From an uncultured virus (IMG/VR IMGVR_UViG_3300047320_000362) (Duplodnaviria; Heunggongvirae; Uroviricota; Caudoviricetes), in the IMG/VR virus record IMGVR_UViG_3300047320_000362: 64,000 bases of DNA; one strand, given 5' to 3'. The position numbers were made by a program, and so were the translations under genes. Below are positions 37,450-47,652 of this stretch, piece after piece (within the stretch, counting starts at the first letter, position 1; each line of letters starts with the position of its first letter). The notes beneath the pieces are model-generated. The model was not told the DNA's origin and made no database searches. It saw nothing but the letters and a program-made list of their open reading frames with translations.

Positions 37450-37518
37450 GCGTTTCTCCTTCATACTTGCCGCCTCGTGCGGCAGACTTGCAAGCATATC
37501 ACCAAGGAGCCTTTGTCG

Positions 37519-39063
37519 ATGACTACACGCAACAGCATCAAGCGCATGGACATGGGCTATGGTCGCTCCATGATGGCCTTCCGCGTGTTCCCGCCCTTCG
37601 CGTCAGCGTTCTCAGATACTCCTCTGGGCAAGGCCGCACTGGGCCGCGACATCGTCACCGACCACGAGCGCCTGGAGGCGCTGATCGATGCGATCGATGC
37701 GGCCAGCACCGAAGAACTGGAGATGGCGCGTCCTGTCCTGCACTTCCACATCGAGGAACTGAAGGACTTTCTGCGGGACACGTCGTGGCAGGTCCGCGAT
37801 GTCTTGAAGCTGGACAAAGGCCCGGCGGCGATGATCGAGGGAATTCTCGACGGAGTGTCGAAGGATGTCCGCGAGGCGATCTCCGCAGTCGACCGCGCGC
37901 CGCGCCACAGGAAGCACCAGCAGGTCGTGCGCGGCACCATGGATTATCTTGCCGAGGTTCTCGCCTTTGCCAACGCCGCCGCTCCCGCCTGCGGGGCCGG
38001 GTTCGACAAGATCACGAAGAAGGCCTCGGCTACCTACATCAAATGCGCCAAGGACATCAGGAAGATGGCCGCGGAACTTGAAGGCCGCTATGAGGGAGTA
38101 ACCGAACGGCTCGGCGACCCGGATGCGATGCTGCGCGAGGCAGACGCACATGTCCGCGAGGTCGACATGACGATCCCTGACATCTCCGCGCAGACCCTCG
38201 AACGGGTGCTCGCAGTCCTGGGCGACAGGGATCGTCTCTGGCACGTCTACAACGGCGACGAACGCCTGAAGGATGCCCTCGAGAAGGGACATCACAGGGT
38301 CTACTCCGATTTCGACGCCGTTGAGCTGCGCCGCCTCGTCGGCAAGGTCTTCAGGGAGGTGAACCGCTCCTACAACACGGGCGGCATCGCGGCGGAACTG
38401 ATGATGGCCACGTCGGCGATCCGCTACAGCGCGACCAACTACATCAACACGGCCGACAAGCACACGGCGCAGGCGGTCAGGATGACCAGGAAGGTCCAGT
38501 ACGAAAGCGAGAAGGAGCGTGAAGAGCGCATCGAGAAGCGCATCGGTGAAGTTCCGGGCGACCGCTTCTTCTCCCGCTCGGAAGCGGCCGCATGCATGGT
38601 CAAGGCCAGCATGATGGGTGACCTTCTCAACGACGTTCATGCGAGCCTTCACCCCGAAAAGCCAGTAAGCCGGGTCAGCTTCGAGCGCTTCGCCGAGGGC
38701 ATTCTCGTCGGCGAGCTTCCAGGCCTTGAAGACGCGATCGTCATCGCGAGGGACCGCTCGGTCGGAGAACAGGACGGGGTCTATCTCGCAAGGGTGCCGC
38801 ATTCGGAGATCGTCGAGGGATTCGACTGCCAGCGCGCCAAGGAATTCGACGGCACGAACTTCTACTCGGCCGACGATGCCCTGCGCGATCTCGGGTCGGA
38901 ACTCGTGCGGACGATGTTCTTCGATGGATTGCCGATCAACGGCCATAACGGGTTCGAAATTCTGGCTCAGGAGAGAACGGCCATCCGCAAGAAGCTGGCG
39001 GACGGAGCAAGCATCACGGATTTCGCCGAATATGACGGCAGATCCGCACTCTCCATGGCCTGA
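37519..39063 (+). CDS. alpha-helical hypothetical protein (514 aa)
   Basis: ATG 37519 with AAGGAG SD. Confidence 0.75.
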   Translation: MTTRNSIKRMDMGYGRSMMAFRVFPPFASAFSDTPLGKAALGRDIVTDHERLEALIDAIDAASTEELEMARPVLHFHIEELKDFLRDTSWQVRDVLKLDKGPAAMIEGILDGVSKDVREAISAVDRAPRHRKHQQVVRGTMDYLAEVLAFANAAAPACGAGFDKITKKASATYIKCAKDIRKMAAELEGRYEGVTERLGDPDAMLREADAHVREVDMTIPDISAQTLERVLAVLGDRDRLWHVYNGDERLKDALEKGHHRVYSDFDAVELRRLVGKVFREVNRSYNTGGIAAELMMATSAIRYSATNYINTADKHTAQAVRMTRKVQYESEKEREERIEKRIGEVPGDRFFSRSEAAACMVKASMMGDLLNDVHASLHPEKPVSRVSFERFAEGILVGELPGLEDAIVIARDRSVGEQDGVYLARVPHSEIVEGFDCQRAKEFDGTNFYSADDALRDLGSELVRTMFFDGLPINGHNGFEILAQERTAIRKKLADGASITDFAEYDGRSALSMA

Positions 39064-39081
39064 ACCGGACGGCAACCGGAA

Positions 39082-39108
39082 CGCGGAGCCGGGAAATCCC
39101 GGTCCGCG
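39082..39108. terminator. hairpin between convergent genes
   Basis: CGCGGA(G)CCGGG-AAAT-CCCGGTCCGCG. Confidence 0.55.
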
Positions 39109-39131
39109 CTGAGGCATTCGGGGCTACCGGA

Positions 39132-39368
39132 TCAATTCGGTCGCGATGCACCTTCGTAGTAGTCTCCACTGCCGACCGAAGGGCCTGCGTGGCCAGCCTG
39201 GCCAGATCCGACCTTGCCCTGCACGGCGCGTTCCGAGATGGCGCTGCCACCGGTCGAGGAGCCGCTCTGGACGCCTTCGTAGTAGTCGCCGCCGACATGG
39301 GCTACGGCGCCGAACGAAACGGCGGAGATGAGAGCGGCGGCGAACGTGGATGCGATGGTCTTTTTCAT
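39132..39368 (-). CDS. small secreted protein with repeated GDYYEG motif
   Basis: MKKT signal peptide; GDYYEG occurs twice. Confidence 0.75.
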   Translation of the reverse strand: MKKTIASTFAAALISAVSFGAVAHVGGDYYEGVQSGSSTGGSAISERAVQGKVGSGQAGHAGPSVGSGDYYEGASRPN

Positions 39369-39773
39369 TGTTTTCTTCCTTGGGTTTGCTGCGGCGTTTC
39401 AGTCGCCACGAATCCAAGATCGGAGCTCATGCCGCGCTGCAAAAGCCCTGAATCCTTCAACAGTCGTTCGACATTCGTTGACAGTTAAAAGTTGGCAATG
39501 TTTGACCAACCATGGATTGGTGATCGAATCCAAGCTGAAAGTCGACGTCGACATGGCTCCGGTGACTGGAAATCTCGCCCCCGAGCGGTTTGACTGCCTC
39601 GGTCTTCCGCGCGTGGAGGTTGCCACGTGGTCGGGAAAAGAAAATGCGGCCGCGGACGTTCACTCTGTGTTGATATCGGCCGACTTCCATTTCGACCCGA
39701 ATTGAGCACCGGGCTGTCTTGGACACTTGCTCGGCCCGGGGTAAGGATCGTCAGAAATGGATACGAGGACGGC

Positions 39774-40826
39774 ATGGATCTCTTCAAGGCAACGATCGAC
39801 AGCGGTTATGAACCCTTCACGGACGAATTCGACCGCATTTCCGATGTCACGGATCTCGTGACCAAGGAGAGGGCGGCGGAACTCGTGCGGTTCCTGACCG
39901 AATACAAGCTCGGGAACATCGAAAGGCCGGAGTATCCCAAGGATCACGACGAGCTGCTCATCACCCTCGAGAAGGAGAAGAACGAGAACGAACTGATCTC
40001 GGGCATTCCGCGCGGCACCAGCCGGAAGCATCTCTACGGCTTCCTGCGGGCGGCAAAGGAACTCAGGAAGCGCATGGACCATGACTTCCGCAACCTGGGT
40101 CTGGATCCCGAGGAGACGTCGGTGACGTTCCTCATCGAGAACTCCGGCTCGACCCGCGGCGAGCTTGCCTACCATATCGCCCTGTCCACCATGGAGATGG
40201 TCCAGTCGCTCGACAGCCTTGGCGTGGAGACGGGAGTGATCGGCTATACCACGCAGTCGTGGAAGGGCGGCAGCGCCCGCAAGAAGTGGATCGAGGAGGG
40301 CAGCCCTGCCAATCCCGGCCGCCTCGAGGATCTCCTCCACATCGTCTACAAGCGCCCCGACGCGCCGATGGACAACCTGGCGCTCGTCCGCATGCATCTA
40401 CTGGCCGATCCGGCGCTCAAGAAGGAGAACGTCGCGGGTGAGGGGCTGATGTGGGGAGCGGCGGCGACTGCGGCCTCCACGCGGGCCAACAAGCTCCTCG
40501 TGCATGTGGTTCACAAGCCGGAGACCATCTCCGACGCGACCGTCTCGGCCGATGCCTCCTTCAAGCAGAAGTTCCGCGAGCATCGGGAGGCCGTCGTCAA
40601 CGAGATCGACGAGTCCGGCGAGGTCGCCATGTCCACCCTGATGCTTGCCCCCAATGAGACAATGCATGCCCAGACCCAGGAGCTGCGTCCAGAGCTCGGC
40701 AGGATGTTCGTCTTCGCCGAGGGGGACGGACGCGCCGACGAGACGCTCGAGGGTTTCGTGAACGGCACCGTTGCAGCGATGGAGAGGATTGCCGAGCTAA
40801 GGAACGGCATGGCTCCCGCAGCTTGA
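39774..40826 (+). CDS. CobT-like C-terminal vWA domain protein (degenerate)
   Basis: VTFLIENSGSTRG, GYTT..WKGG..R.KW...G.PANPGRL.DL.HI.YK..DAP, LKKEN..GE.L.W match CobT_C. Confidence 0.75.
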   Translation: MDLFKATIDSGYEPFTDEFDRISDVTDLVTKERAAELVRFLTEYKLGNIERPEYPKDHDELLITLEKEKNENELISGIPRGTSRKHLYGFLRAAKELRKRMDHDFRNLGLDPEETSVTFLIENSGSTRGELAYHIALSTMEMVQSLDSLGVETGVIGYTTQSWKGGSARKKWIEEGSPANPGRLEDLLHIVYKRPDAPMDNLALVRMHLLADPALKKENVAGEGLMWGAAATAASTRANKLLVHVVHKPETISDATVSADASFKQKFREHREAVVNEIDESGEVAMSTLMLAPNETMHAQTQELRPELGRMFVFAEGDGRADETLEGFVNGTVAAMERIAELRNGMAPAA

Positions 40827-40989
40827 AACACATGGTGCATGCCTCTGCGGGGGTGGCACGTCCGTCTGACCTTGACCCGGCCACCAGACCCTGCGGGTTT
40901 TGACGCGGGGCAGTTGACGTGGCAAAGAGTTGCGAAATTGCTCCATCGCGGTCACCATTTGGCGATGATTGACAATTGAGGATCAACAA

Positions 40990-41145
40990 ATGGCTATCAA
41001 AACGCAGATCATCACCGCCGCCGGCTGTGTCTTCAAATCTTCGAAAGAAGAATTCGTAAAAACGCTTCGCCTCTTTTTGGTGATCCTGTATCCGTCGAGG
41101 GAATCTCTCGCCCGCGTGAAAGCTTCGGCTCAGGCGCTTGGATGA
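40990..41145 (+). CDS. small ORF (51 aa), not in the ORF track
   Basis: GAGGA SD; MAIKTQIITAAGC...AQALG*. Confidence 0.35.
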   Translation: MAIKTQIITAAGCVFKSSKEEFVKTLRLFLVILYPSRESLARVKASAQALG

Positions 41146-41207
41146 GTGGGGCGGATTGACCTCGGAGCCTCGAAACGTTACGTAACACGGCATCGCAAAC
41201 TGACAGG

Positions 41208-41726
41208 ATGCCAATGCCGGAAGACCTACCTTCAGTCCTCGCGAGGATTGCCGCGGATGCCCGTGAAAAGCTGAAGACGATGCCCTTCATCGTTCCGATG
41301 ATGGAAGGCGACCGGACATCGCCCGGGCGCGCCTACTCGATCGGCCTCGTGAACGCCGGACACCCGGAGATCACAATCGTGGGGCTTCCCGATCTCGAAA
41401 TCGCCCGGCAGCTCATCACCGTGGCAGGCAATCACGTCCTGGACAAGACCTATGACTTCCGCGAGCCGTGCCTCTGCGGCGAGATCGCCGGGGGCTACAA
41501 CGTCGCCTTCCGCCCGATCGCGAAGGGGTCAATGGGCGGTGGCTTCGGCCTTGGCCGCGCGGTGATCGGGTACGAGTTTCCCGTCGTTCAGCTCTACTTC
41601 CCTGATGAAAACGGCTACTTTCCGTGGCAGCGAAAGGTTGATCGCAGGTACAGCAAGATGCAGAGCTTTTTCAAGCACGAGGGCGCTCTTCCTCTAACAA
41701 TGCTTGAAAGACACGTGATCAATTAA
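41208..41726 (+). CDS. DUF4262 family protein
   Basis: AYSIGL...GHPEI.IVGL ... VVQL.FPD..G.FPW. Confidence 0.8.
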   Translation: MPMPEDLPSVLARIAADAREKLKTMPFIVPMMEGDRTSPGRAYSIGLVNAGHPEITIVGLPDLEIARQLITVAGNHVLDKTYDFREPCLCGEIAGGYNVAFRPIAKGSMGGGFGLGRAVIGYEFPVVQLYFPDENGYFPWQRKVDRRYSKMQSFFKHEGALPLTMLERHVIN

Positions 41727-42063
41727 ACTCGGAAGCCGAGCAGCTTTTCGCCGGCGTTTGCCACAGATTCATCCCGCGGGACATCATTTGCCATCGGCAA
41801 CGTGGAGTTTCTTCGATGAATTCAACTTTGATACGGCCAATTCTAGGTCTGGCAGCGCTTCTCGCGACGATCCCTCTCATCGCAATGCTTCCAAGAACCC
41901 TGGGAATTCTTTTCGGGTTAGGCGAGAATGGCTGGGTTGCGGTGGCGACATTTGCACTGATGGCGATCGCTACACCGCATTCCAGTGGAAGCTGACGCTT
42001 CTTGCCGCCCCATTCCTCCGGCAGGTTGGGAAGTTCCTGAAGCTCCGGAAGTAACGAGCGCCG

Positions 42064-42474
42064 TCACTTCAACCCAAGAACGGCCTTTGCCTCGTCCTCG
42101 GACATTGCATCCGGCGGAATGATCTCATCCAAGGACAAGACGGGAAGCGCCGCGATGTCGATCACGCCACGGTAGAGGATCGTCATATCCCGGCGCTCGA
42201 TGTTCGGATCGACGTCGACAAGCCTTCGATCGATCCGCGTGTCGTCCACCACGAGAACGCAAATGGCTTCCAGCGCCTCGGGCGGTGCCATTTCCCATTC
42301 GTCCCCGTTCATCATATAGGCTTCGATCAACATGGAGATTGCGACGGCGGGGTCGGTCGAGAGGTAGACTCCCCTCTCGACCGGGAAGTTCTGCATGTCC
42401 GGCAACGCTCCGCCCAGACCATGCCTGCGGATGGACGGAAGATGGCGACGCCAGGTTGCGTGGTAGTAGGGCAT
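42064..42474 (-). CDS. putative ADP-ribosyltransferase-fold (Tpt1/KptA-like H-Y clade) protein
   Basis: YYHAT...LPSIRRHGL ... GVYLSTDP. Confidence 0.55.
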   Translation of the reverse strand: MPYYHATWRRHLPSIRRHGLGGALPDMQNFPVERGVYLSTDPAVAISMLIEAYMMNGDEWEMAPPEALEAICVLVVDDTRIDRRLVDVDPNIERRDMTILYRGVIDIAALPVLSLDEIIPPDAMSEDEAKAVLGLK

Positions 42475-42548
42475 TGGGTGGCATCTTCCTTGTCACATAC
42501 TCGATCATCGGGAAACCTCGATAGCATGCGTGCCGTCGGGTGATAAGG

Positions 42549-43016
42549 TCAGGCCTCGGTCTTGGGCTTGTAGAACTGCGCATTGTAGACGGCGACGCTG
42601 TCGGCGATCTCACGCATCTTCGGCTTTGCCGTGCGCTTGAACTCCTCGATGGCGCTCGCGGCATCCTCGCTTCGCGTCTCCCATGGATTGGGCATGCCGG
42701 CATCGACCCAGCGCTTGTGGATCATCGTGCTGAGACGGCGATCCTCGCGCTCCGTGTCGCGCTTGAGCGTCAGCTCCTCGCGCTTCGCCTCCAGCCACTC
42801 GGGAAACTCGGGGAGATCGTGGGGCTGGCTGGGCTTTCCGGCCTTCACCCATTCCCCCTGCCACTCGCGCGCAAGCTTCTTCTTCTTGAAGTGACCGAGG
42901 AAGAGGCCGCGGGTGTTCCGGATCACCTCCTCATGCCGCATCCACTCGGGATTGCGGATGTTAGCGAGCGTCCGCGCTTGGATCACGGGACTGTTGCGAT
43001 ACGCGTTTCCGAGCAT
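42549..43016 (-). CDS. hypothetical protein
   Basis: GAGGAG SD. Confidence 0.65.
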   Translation of the reverse strand: MLGNAYRNSPVIQARTLANIRNPEWMRHEEVIRNTRGLFLGHFKKKKLAREWQGEWVKAGKPSQPHDLPEFPEWLEAKREELTLKRDTEREDRRLSTMIHKRWVDAGMPNPWETRSEDAASAIEEFKRTAKPKMREIADSVAVYNAQFYKPKTEA

Positions 43017-43025
43017 GGAGGCTCC

Positions 43026-43373
43026 TCAGGCCATCAGATGGGGCGGCAGGTCGATCTCGCGGGCCAAAACCCAGCGGAACCCCTTCGTCTTGTAGAAGGA
43101 CTTGTAGAGATGCGATGTGCTGAAGCTTTCGGCCGCCGCGCGCGCTACTTCGAAGATCTTCGCCGCATCGCCGTAGATTCCGGATCCTGCCTTGCCATTG
43201 TAGAGTTCGTGATAGGCGAGCTGACGTCCGCCGAGCGTGCCGATCTGGCGGATGATGCAGCGCGCGTCACGGACCTCGAGGTCGTTGGAGGCGGGGGCCA
43301 GCACCAGCGCGAATTCGGAACCGTCGTCGATCTTCGCAATCAGGTCCGGTAGTCCGTCATCGAGCATGTCCAT
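43026..43373 (-). CDS. hypothetical protein
   Basis: ATG 43373, AGGAG SD. Confidence 0.65.
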   Translation of the reverse strand: MDMLDDGLPDLIAKIDDGSEFALVLAPASNDLEVRDARCIIRQIGTLGGRQLAYHELYNGKAGSGIYGDAAKIFEVARAAAESFSTSHLYKSFYKTKGFRWVLAREIDLPPHLMA

Positions 43374-43403
43374 GGGCCGTCTCCTGTTTCGGTCTTTAGA
43401 TGT

Positions 43404-43445
43404 AAAGGATTTGATATCAATGTCAACAATTATGGCGCAGGATTC
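43404..43445 (-). promoter_or_regulatory. promoter with TTGTTGACATTGA flanked by AATCCT(T) sites
   Basis: AAAGGATT 43404, 17-mer 43417-43433 identical to 14913, AGGATTC 43439. Confidence 0.65.
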
Positions 43446-43515
43446 ATGTGACAAGGACCTTGCCCGCGCTAATTTATTGACGCACCCTTTGTGCAGGTAA
43501 CGAAAGGACTCGTCA

Positions 43516-44262
43516 ATGGATGTGAAGCAGGCGGCGGCCGAACTCAACGGCAGGCAGTACCGGGACGAATGCAGCAAGGATCTTCATAACCGGATGAAGG
43601 CGGCCGGCATCGTGGCGGTGTTCGGGGGCAGCGACGATCTGGTCTATTTCGCAGGCGCTGCCAATGACGAGCGCGGCGCCTGGAATGGCGGCGAATACTA
43701 CTTCTCGTCCGACGGCCTGCTGGAGAACGAGTGCAACGACGACTGCCGCTACTTCGAGCGCATCGAAGCTCTGGCCACTCCGGTCCGGGCGATCTGGTCC
43801 GACGGCGGCTTCTCGTGGCGCTACGAGACGACGATCCCGCACGAGAAGTTCGTGATCATGGAGGACGACGACACCTATTGCGAAGGCATCGTGTTCGCTC
43901 TCGAGAACGTGCACGGCACGCGCTTGGCCAGCCGCGCCGCCGACATCGTCCGCAGGGGCGACATCGTCTTCCCCGACGGCATCGCCGACGAGACCCAGGT
44001 CTTCATTCAGAAGCACCTGCCGAAGTGTGCGGACGTGGCGACTGTCATCGCGATCGCGCTGGCGATCAACTCGGAGCGCACCCGTTGTGCTCGCATCGTC
44101 GAAACAGAGGAAGAGCTCTTCGTTGATCCGCCTCAGCATGTGCTGAATGCGATGATCGCCGTCGGCCCCGTTGGCAACGTGCGTGATGCTGTTGGGGCAC
44201 TCAAGCACTCGATCATCGAGCGAATCCATTCGGGCGAAGCTGGCCCGGCATTTGAGGGGTGA
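43516..44262 (+). CDS. conserved phage-type hypothetical protein
   Basis: LNGRQY, VFG.SDDL..F.GA..DE, W.Y.T.IPH..F.IMED...YC.GIVF. Confidence 0.7.
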   Translation: MDVKQAAAELNGRQYRDECSKDLHNRMKAAGIVAVFGGSDDLVYFAGAANDERGAWNGGEYYFSSDGLLENECNDDCRYFERIEALATPVRAIWSDGGFSWRYETTIPHEKFVIMEDDDTYCEGIVFALENVHGTRLASRAADIVRRGDIVFPDGIADETQVFIQKHLPKCADVATVIAIALAINSERTRCARIVETEEELFVDPPQHVLNAMIAVGPVGNVRDAVGALKHSIIERIHSGEAGPAFEG

Positions 44263-44531
44263 CCATGGAGGACAGGATCCGCGATCTGTCCGAGCTTCCC
44301 GATTTCCGCAGGATGGAGATCGAGGAGCACGGCATGCCCAAGAACTGGGGCTTCTGCCGCGGCTACAACGGGCTGGAGCGCGACCAATGGGCCATCCAGC
44401 ACGTCCACGAGGATCTCTCGTCCGACATCTACCCGCTGCCTCTCTTCGTGACGGCGCTGGTGAGGTGGGAGAGGAACGACGAGCGGCAGACCCTGCAGCG
44501 ATCCTTGAAGGCGCTTCTCGACATCGACTGA
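44259..44531 (+). CDS. hypothetical protein
   Basis: GTGA overlap with the previous gene. Confidence 0.6.
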   Translation: MTMEDRIRDLSELPDFRRMEIEEHGMPKNWGFCRGYNGLERDQWAIQHVHEDLSSDIYPLPLFVTALVRWERNDERQTLQRSLKALLDID

Positions 44532-44640
44532 TCGGCGGGATCCGTCAACGACCCTGCGCATGCGTTACGCACTCTGCGTATTCCTTTTGACAAATACGAA
44601 ACGCATGATAGTAAGTCTGTCACTTCGTGATGAGGAAGCG

Positions 44641-45066
44641 ATGACGGACGCACCAGAGAACACACCCGCTGAAAGACTGAAGGCCTCGCGTACAAGGGCT
44701 GGTTTCAGTTCTGGGAAGAAAGTCGCAGACCAGCTCGGCACTCCCCTTCCTACATACGCTGCGCACGAGAACGGCCGACGCGACTTCGACCGCAATCAGT
44801 GCCTTGCGTATGCGGCGCTGTTCTCCGTCGACCCTGCCTGGCTCATGTTCGGATCAAGATACGGCCAGCCTCCGGAAGGCTCACCGCCGCCACCTCCTGC
44901 GGGCCGTCAGCGTGATCGTTCACAGAAGTCCAACGAGGTCGAGCTGCTGAACGTGACAATCGGCCGGGAAGGAACCATCAGGATCGTCCACTCTCCGGAA
45001 ATGACAGACGAAAAGGCAAAGACCGTTCTGCGAACGTTTCTTCCAACTATCCTCAACCCCGAATAA
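44641..45066 (+). CDS. XRE-family HTH regulator
   Basis: RLKASRTRAGFSS...A..LG....TYAAHENGRR...V...WL.FG. Confidence 0.8.
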   Translation: MTDAPENTPAERLKASRTRAGFSSGKKVADQLGTPLPTYAAHENGRRDFDRNQCLAYAALFSVDPAWLMFGSRYGQPPEGSPPPPPAGRQRDRSQKSNEVELLNVTIGREGTIRIVHSPEMTDEKAKTVLRTFLPTILNPE

Positions 45067-45111
45067 TGCGAAGTCAGGGGCTAGATGCCTCTCCCGTGAC
45101 CAGGAGCCTGC

Positions 45112-45429
45112 ATGATCATCATCAATCACATCCCAGCCCCGAAATCATTCGGACGCCCGGACCGTCGCGACCCGCCGAGCGATTTCGCATTCGGAGTTCT
45201 CCTATTCTGGACGATTGTTTTGCTTCTAGGCACTTTCGGCCAAATCGTGGCATCGGAAATGGGATACCTGGCCCCCCTCCTGAAGCAGATGGTCACCGCC
45301 CCGGCGTGGTCACCATGGTTCGGCGGATCGCAGATTTCGCTCTTCAAACTCTGGTTGATCGTACTTCTCGGCTCACCAGTTCCTGTCTTCCTTGCGGCTT
45401 ATCTGGCAAAGTGCCTGCTATCCCGCTGA
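45112..45429 (+). CDS. small membrane protein
   Basis: Two TM segments; AGGAG SD. Confidence 0.55.
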   Translation: MIIINHIPAPKSFGRPDRRDPPSDFAFGVLLFWTIVLLLGTFGQIVASEMGYLAPLLKQMVTAPAWSPWFGGSQISLFKLWLIVLLGSPVPVFLAAYLAKCLLSR

Positions 45430-45497
45430 AGATCAAAGGAGGGCGCAACGACCGGGCGCTTGCCGTAACCGCCGATATCCTTCGCTGCCGGGAGTTC

Positions 45498-45932
45498 CTA
45501 GCAAGGCGACGGGGTGATCGGCGGCTCGAATTCGCTGATCCAGTCCTCGACCCGCGATACGCAGGTGTCCATCGAGTCCTGGAAGTCGCCTGATCCGATG
45601 AAGGCGTCGTCATGGCGATACGGATCCGCCAGCGCCACGACATCGGCCGAGCCGGCATTGATGTCTATGGCCTTCCCGTCAAGCACGTTGAAGACGTGAT
45701 CGTAGTTTCCGCCAATGTCGGCGCCGAACACCACCGATCCGAATAGCGCGGTGAACTTGCAGGCGTTCGAAAGATCCTGCGGCCCTTCGTCCGGGGAACC
45801 CTTGTTCTCGACGTGCCGTTCCTGCCACTTCTGCAGACAGAAGGCGCGAACCGTTGCGATGTTCTGCTCGGAGGCCTCGATCGGATAGCCGTCGAAGTAG
45901 TCGCCGAAGAAATCCTCTTCACTCAGATGCAT
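45498..45932 (-). CDS. hypothetical protein, possible Cys-His-Asp triad
   Basis: DLSNACKFTALF ... GNYDHVFNVLDG..IDI. Confidence 0.6.
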   Translation of the reverse strand: MHLSEEDFFGDYFDGYPIEASEQNIATVRAFCLQKWQERHVENKGSPDEGPQDLSNACKFTALFGSVVFGADIGGNYDHVFNVLDGKAIDINAGSADVVALADPYRHDDAFIGSGDFQDSMDTCVSRVEDWISEFEPPITPSPC

Positions 45933-45944
45933 GGCTGCCCTCCG

Positions 45945-46958
45945 TCAGGCTCTGAAGGCAGATTCTGTTTCGCGGATCAGCCTGATGAGGTGCTGCGGTT
46001 CCTCGGCGCGGCCAAGTTCGTTATCTCCGTCCCGCAGCACCCACTCCTGGTCATGGAAGTCATAGGCGATGGCCATTCCGCTATCTGCCGGGGCGATACG
46101 CTCGGCCGTAAGGAAGCTAGCGTTGGCGAGTTTCCACTCGCTGTCCGAAAGCCCCATCGACTTGAGGGTCTCCGTCCTGCAGCGGGCCGCCTTCTTCCTG
46201 AACCAGTCGGTGCTCACCTCGAAGGCTTCTTCCCTGGTGGCGAAATAGAAGGGCTTGTCCAGGGTCGTGTCCGTGAACTTGTATTCCTTTCCGCTCAAGG
46301 TGATCTCGATTTTCTCGATCTTCATGAATTCATGCGGCTCGTCCGCCACGATGGAGTCCCAGTGCGCATGAGGAAGAGCAGCTCGCCAGGCATCGTCGCC
46401 TTCGACCCTCTCCCACATCGCCCCCGGATTGTACTCGCGGGCCTTCGCGAGAGACTGGCGCTTCTCGTCGAGCCAGCTCTTGGCGTTGACGCTCTCGATC
46501 GCGTCCGCGGTCACGAAATCCGCGCCGCCACCGAGCCGGCCGAAATCCGGTGTCGCCGAACTGGTCACTTCAGCCCATGCGATCTCGAAGTGTGTGAGCC
46601 TGTCCGGATACATGCGGCAAAGCTCCTGCAGGACATCCGCGATGTCGAACTGTTCGATTTCGAGAGTCTCGCCGAATTCGTCCAGGAAGAGATATTCCTT
46701 CTCGGCGATCGCCTTTTCGAGCATAGGAAGGGCGGCCTTCGCGAAGCGGCTGTCGCTCTCGCGGGCAAGCTGCAGAAGTTCTTCGAGATTGACCGCGGCA
46801 TTCTCGACCCCGGCATTGCTCCAGAGCTCGTAGCCGTCCTTAGTGCGCAGCACGCCGACCATGCGGCGGATAAGGGCTCCCTCGAACGTCTCGTCGATGA
46901 TGTCGTGCGGCACGTCCGGAGAGACGGCGATCTTGATTACGGATCCACTCATATGCAT
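45945..46958 (-). CDS. hypothetical protein
   Basis: ATG 46958, GAGGGGA SD; PDFG..GGGADFVT motif. Confidence 0.7.
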   Translation of the reverse strand: MHMSGSVIKIAVSPDVPHDIIDETFEGALIRRMVGVLRTKDGYELWSNAGVENAAVNLEELLQLARESDSRFAKAALPMLEKAIAEKEYLFLDEFGETLEIEQFDIADVLQELCRMYPDRLTHFEIAWAEVTSSATPDFGRLGGGADFVTADAIESVNAKSWLDEKRQSLAKAREYNPGAMWERVEGDDAWRAALPHAHWDSIVADEPHEFMKIEKIEITLSGKEYKFTDTTLDKPFYFATREEAFEVSTDWFRKKAARCRTETLKSMGLSDSEWKLANASFLTAERIAPADSGMAIAYDFHDQEWVLRDGDNELGRAEEPQHLIRLIRETESAFRA

Positions 46959-46968
46959 TTGATTCCCC

Positions 46969-47289
46969 TCAGTTCGCACGCGGTACGGCGGCGCGGATTT
47001 CTTCGATTTTCGCCAGCACTTCATCCAGATCGTCGGTGTCGATGATGCAGGAGTTGCCGTTTGAGATGACCTGGTTGTCTTCCGTGAGCTGATAGAGCCC
47101 GTAGCGCGACACGCCCTCGTACTCTCGCACTGCCGGATCCGGATAATCGACCATGAGGCGGACGTGCAGCTCTTCGTTCAGAAGGCAGGGGCAGGGTTCG
47201 TTGTGCCAGCTCAAGTCGATGAAGCCTTCGATCTCGGGAAGGGCTTCGGGATAGTCGGGAAATGCTTCCCTGTAGTTTCCGATCGGCAT
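46969..47289 (-). CDS. hypothetical protein
   Basis: FPDY, D.SWHN..CP motifs; AGGAG SD. Confidence 0.65.
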   Translation of the reverse strand: MPIGNYREAFPDYPEALPEIEGFIDLSWHNEPCPCLLNEELHVRLMVDYPDPAVREYEGVSRYGLYQLTEDNQVISNGNSCIIDTDDLDEVLAKIEEIRAAVPRAN

Positions 47290-47309
47290 TGCGTGACTCC
47301 TGTGTCTGT

Positions 47310-47564
47310 TCAAACGGCGAGCGCGGCCGCCGGGCCATCCAGCACGTATTCGTGATACACGCCCGTGCCCCCGGCCATGACGGCCTTGCCCGAGGCCTCG
47401 AGATCCTCCCTGATCTGGGCGGCCTCGACACGAAACGCCTCGATCTCAGGCTCCGAGCCTGCCATGCCGTCCTCGTAAAGGGCGAACAGCTCGTCGAGAT
47501 CGTAGGTGCCGACGAATTCGCGGTCGTCCGTTCCGGCGGAGCATTCATATACATTCACGCGCAT
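47310..47564 (-). CDS. small acidic hypothetical protein
   Basis: GAGGA SD. Confidence 0.6.
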   Translation of the reverse strand: MRVNVYECSAGTDDREFVGTYDLDELFALYEDGMAGSEPEIEAFRVEAAQIREDLEASGKAVMAGGTGVYHEYVLDGPAAALAV

Positions 47565-47652
47565 GGGAGATCTTCCTCGCTCTTGTGGATGTAGACTGAA
47601 AGCAACGGAAGCAAGCTACCAGCGGGTGACCTGCAGCGCGAGCAGCCCGATT

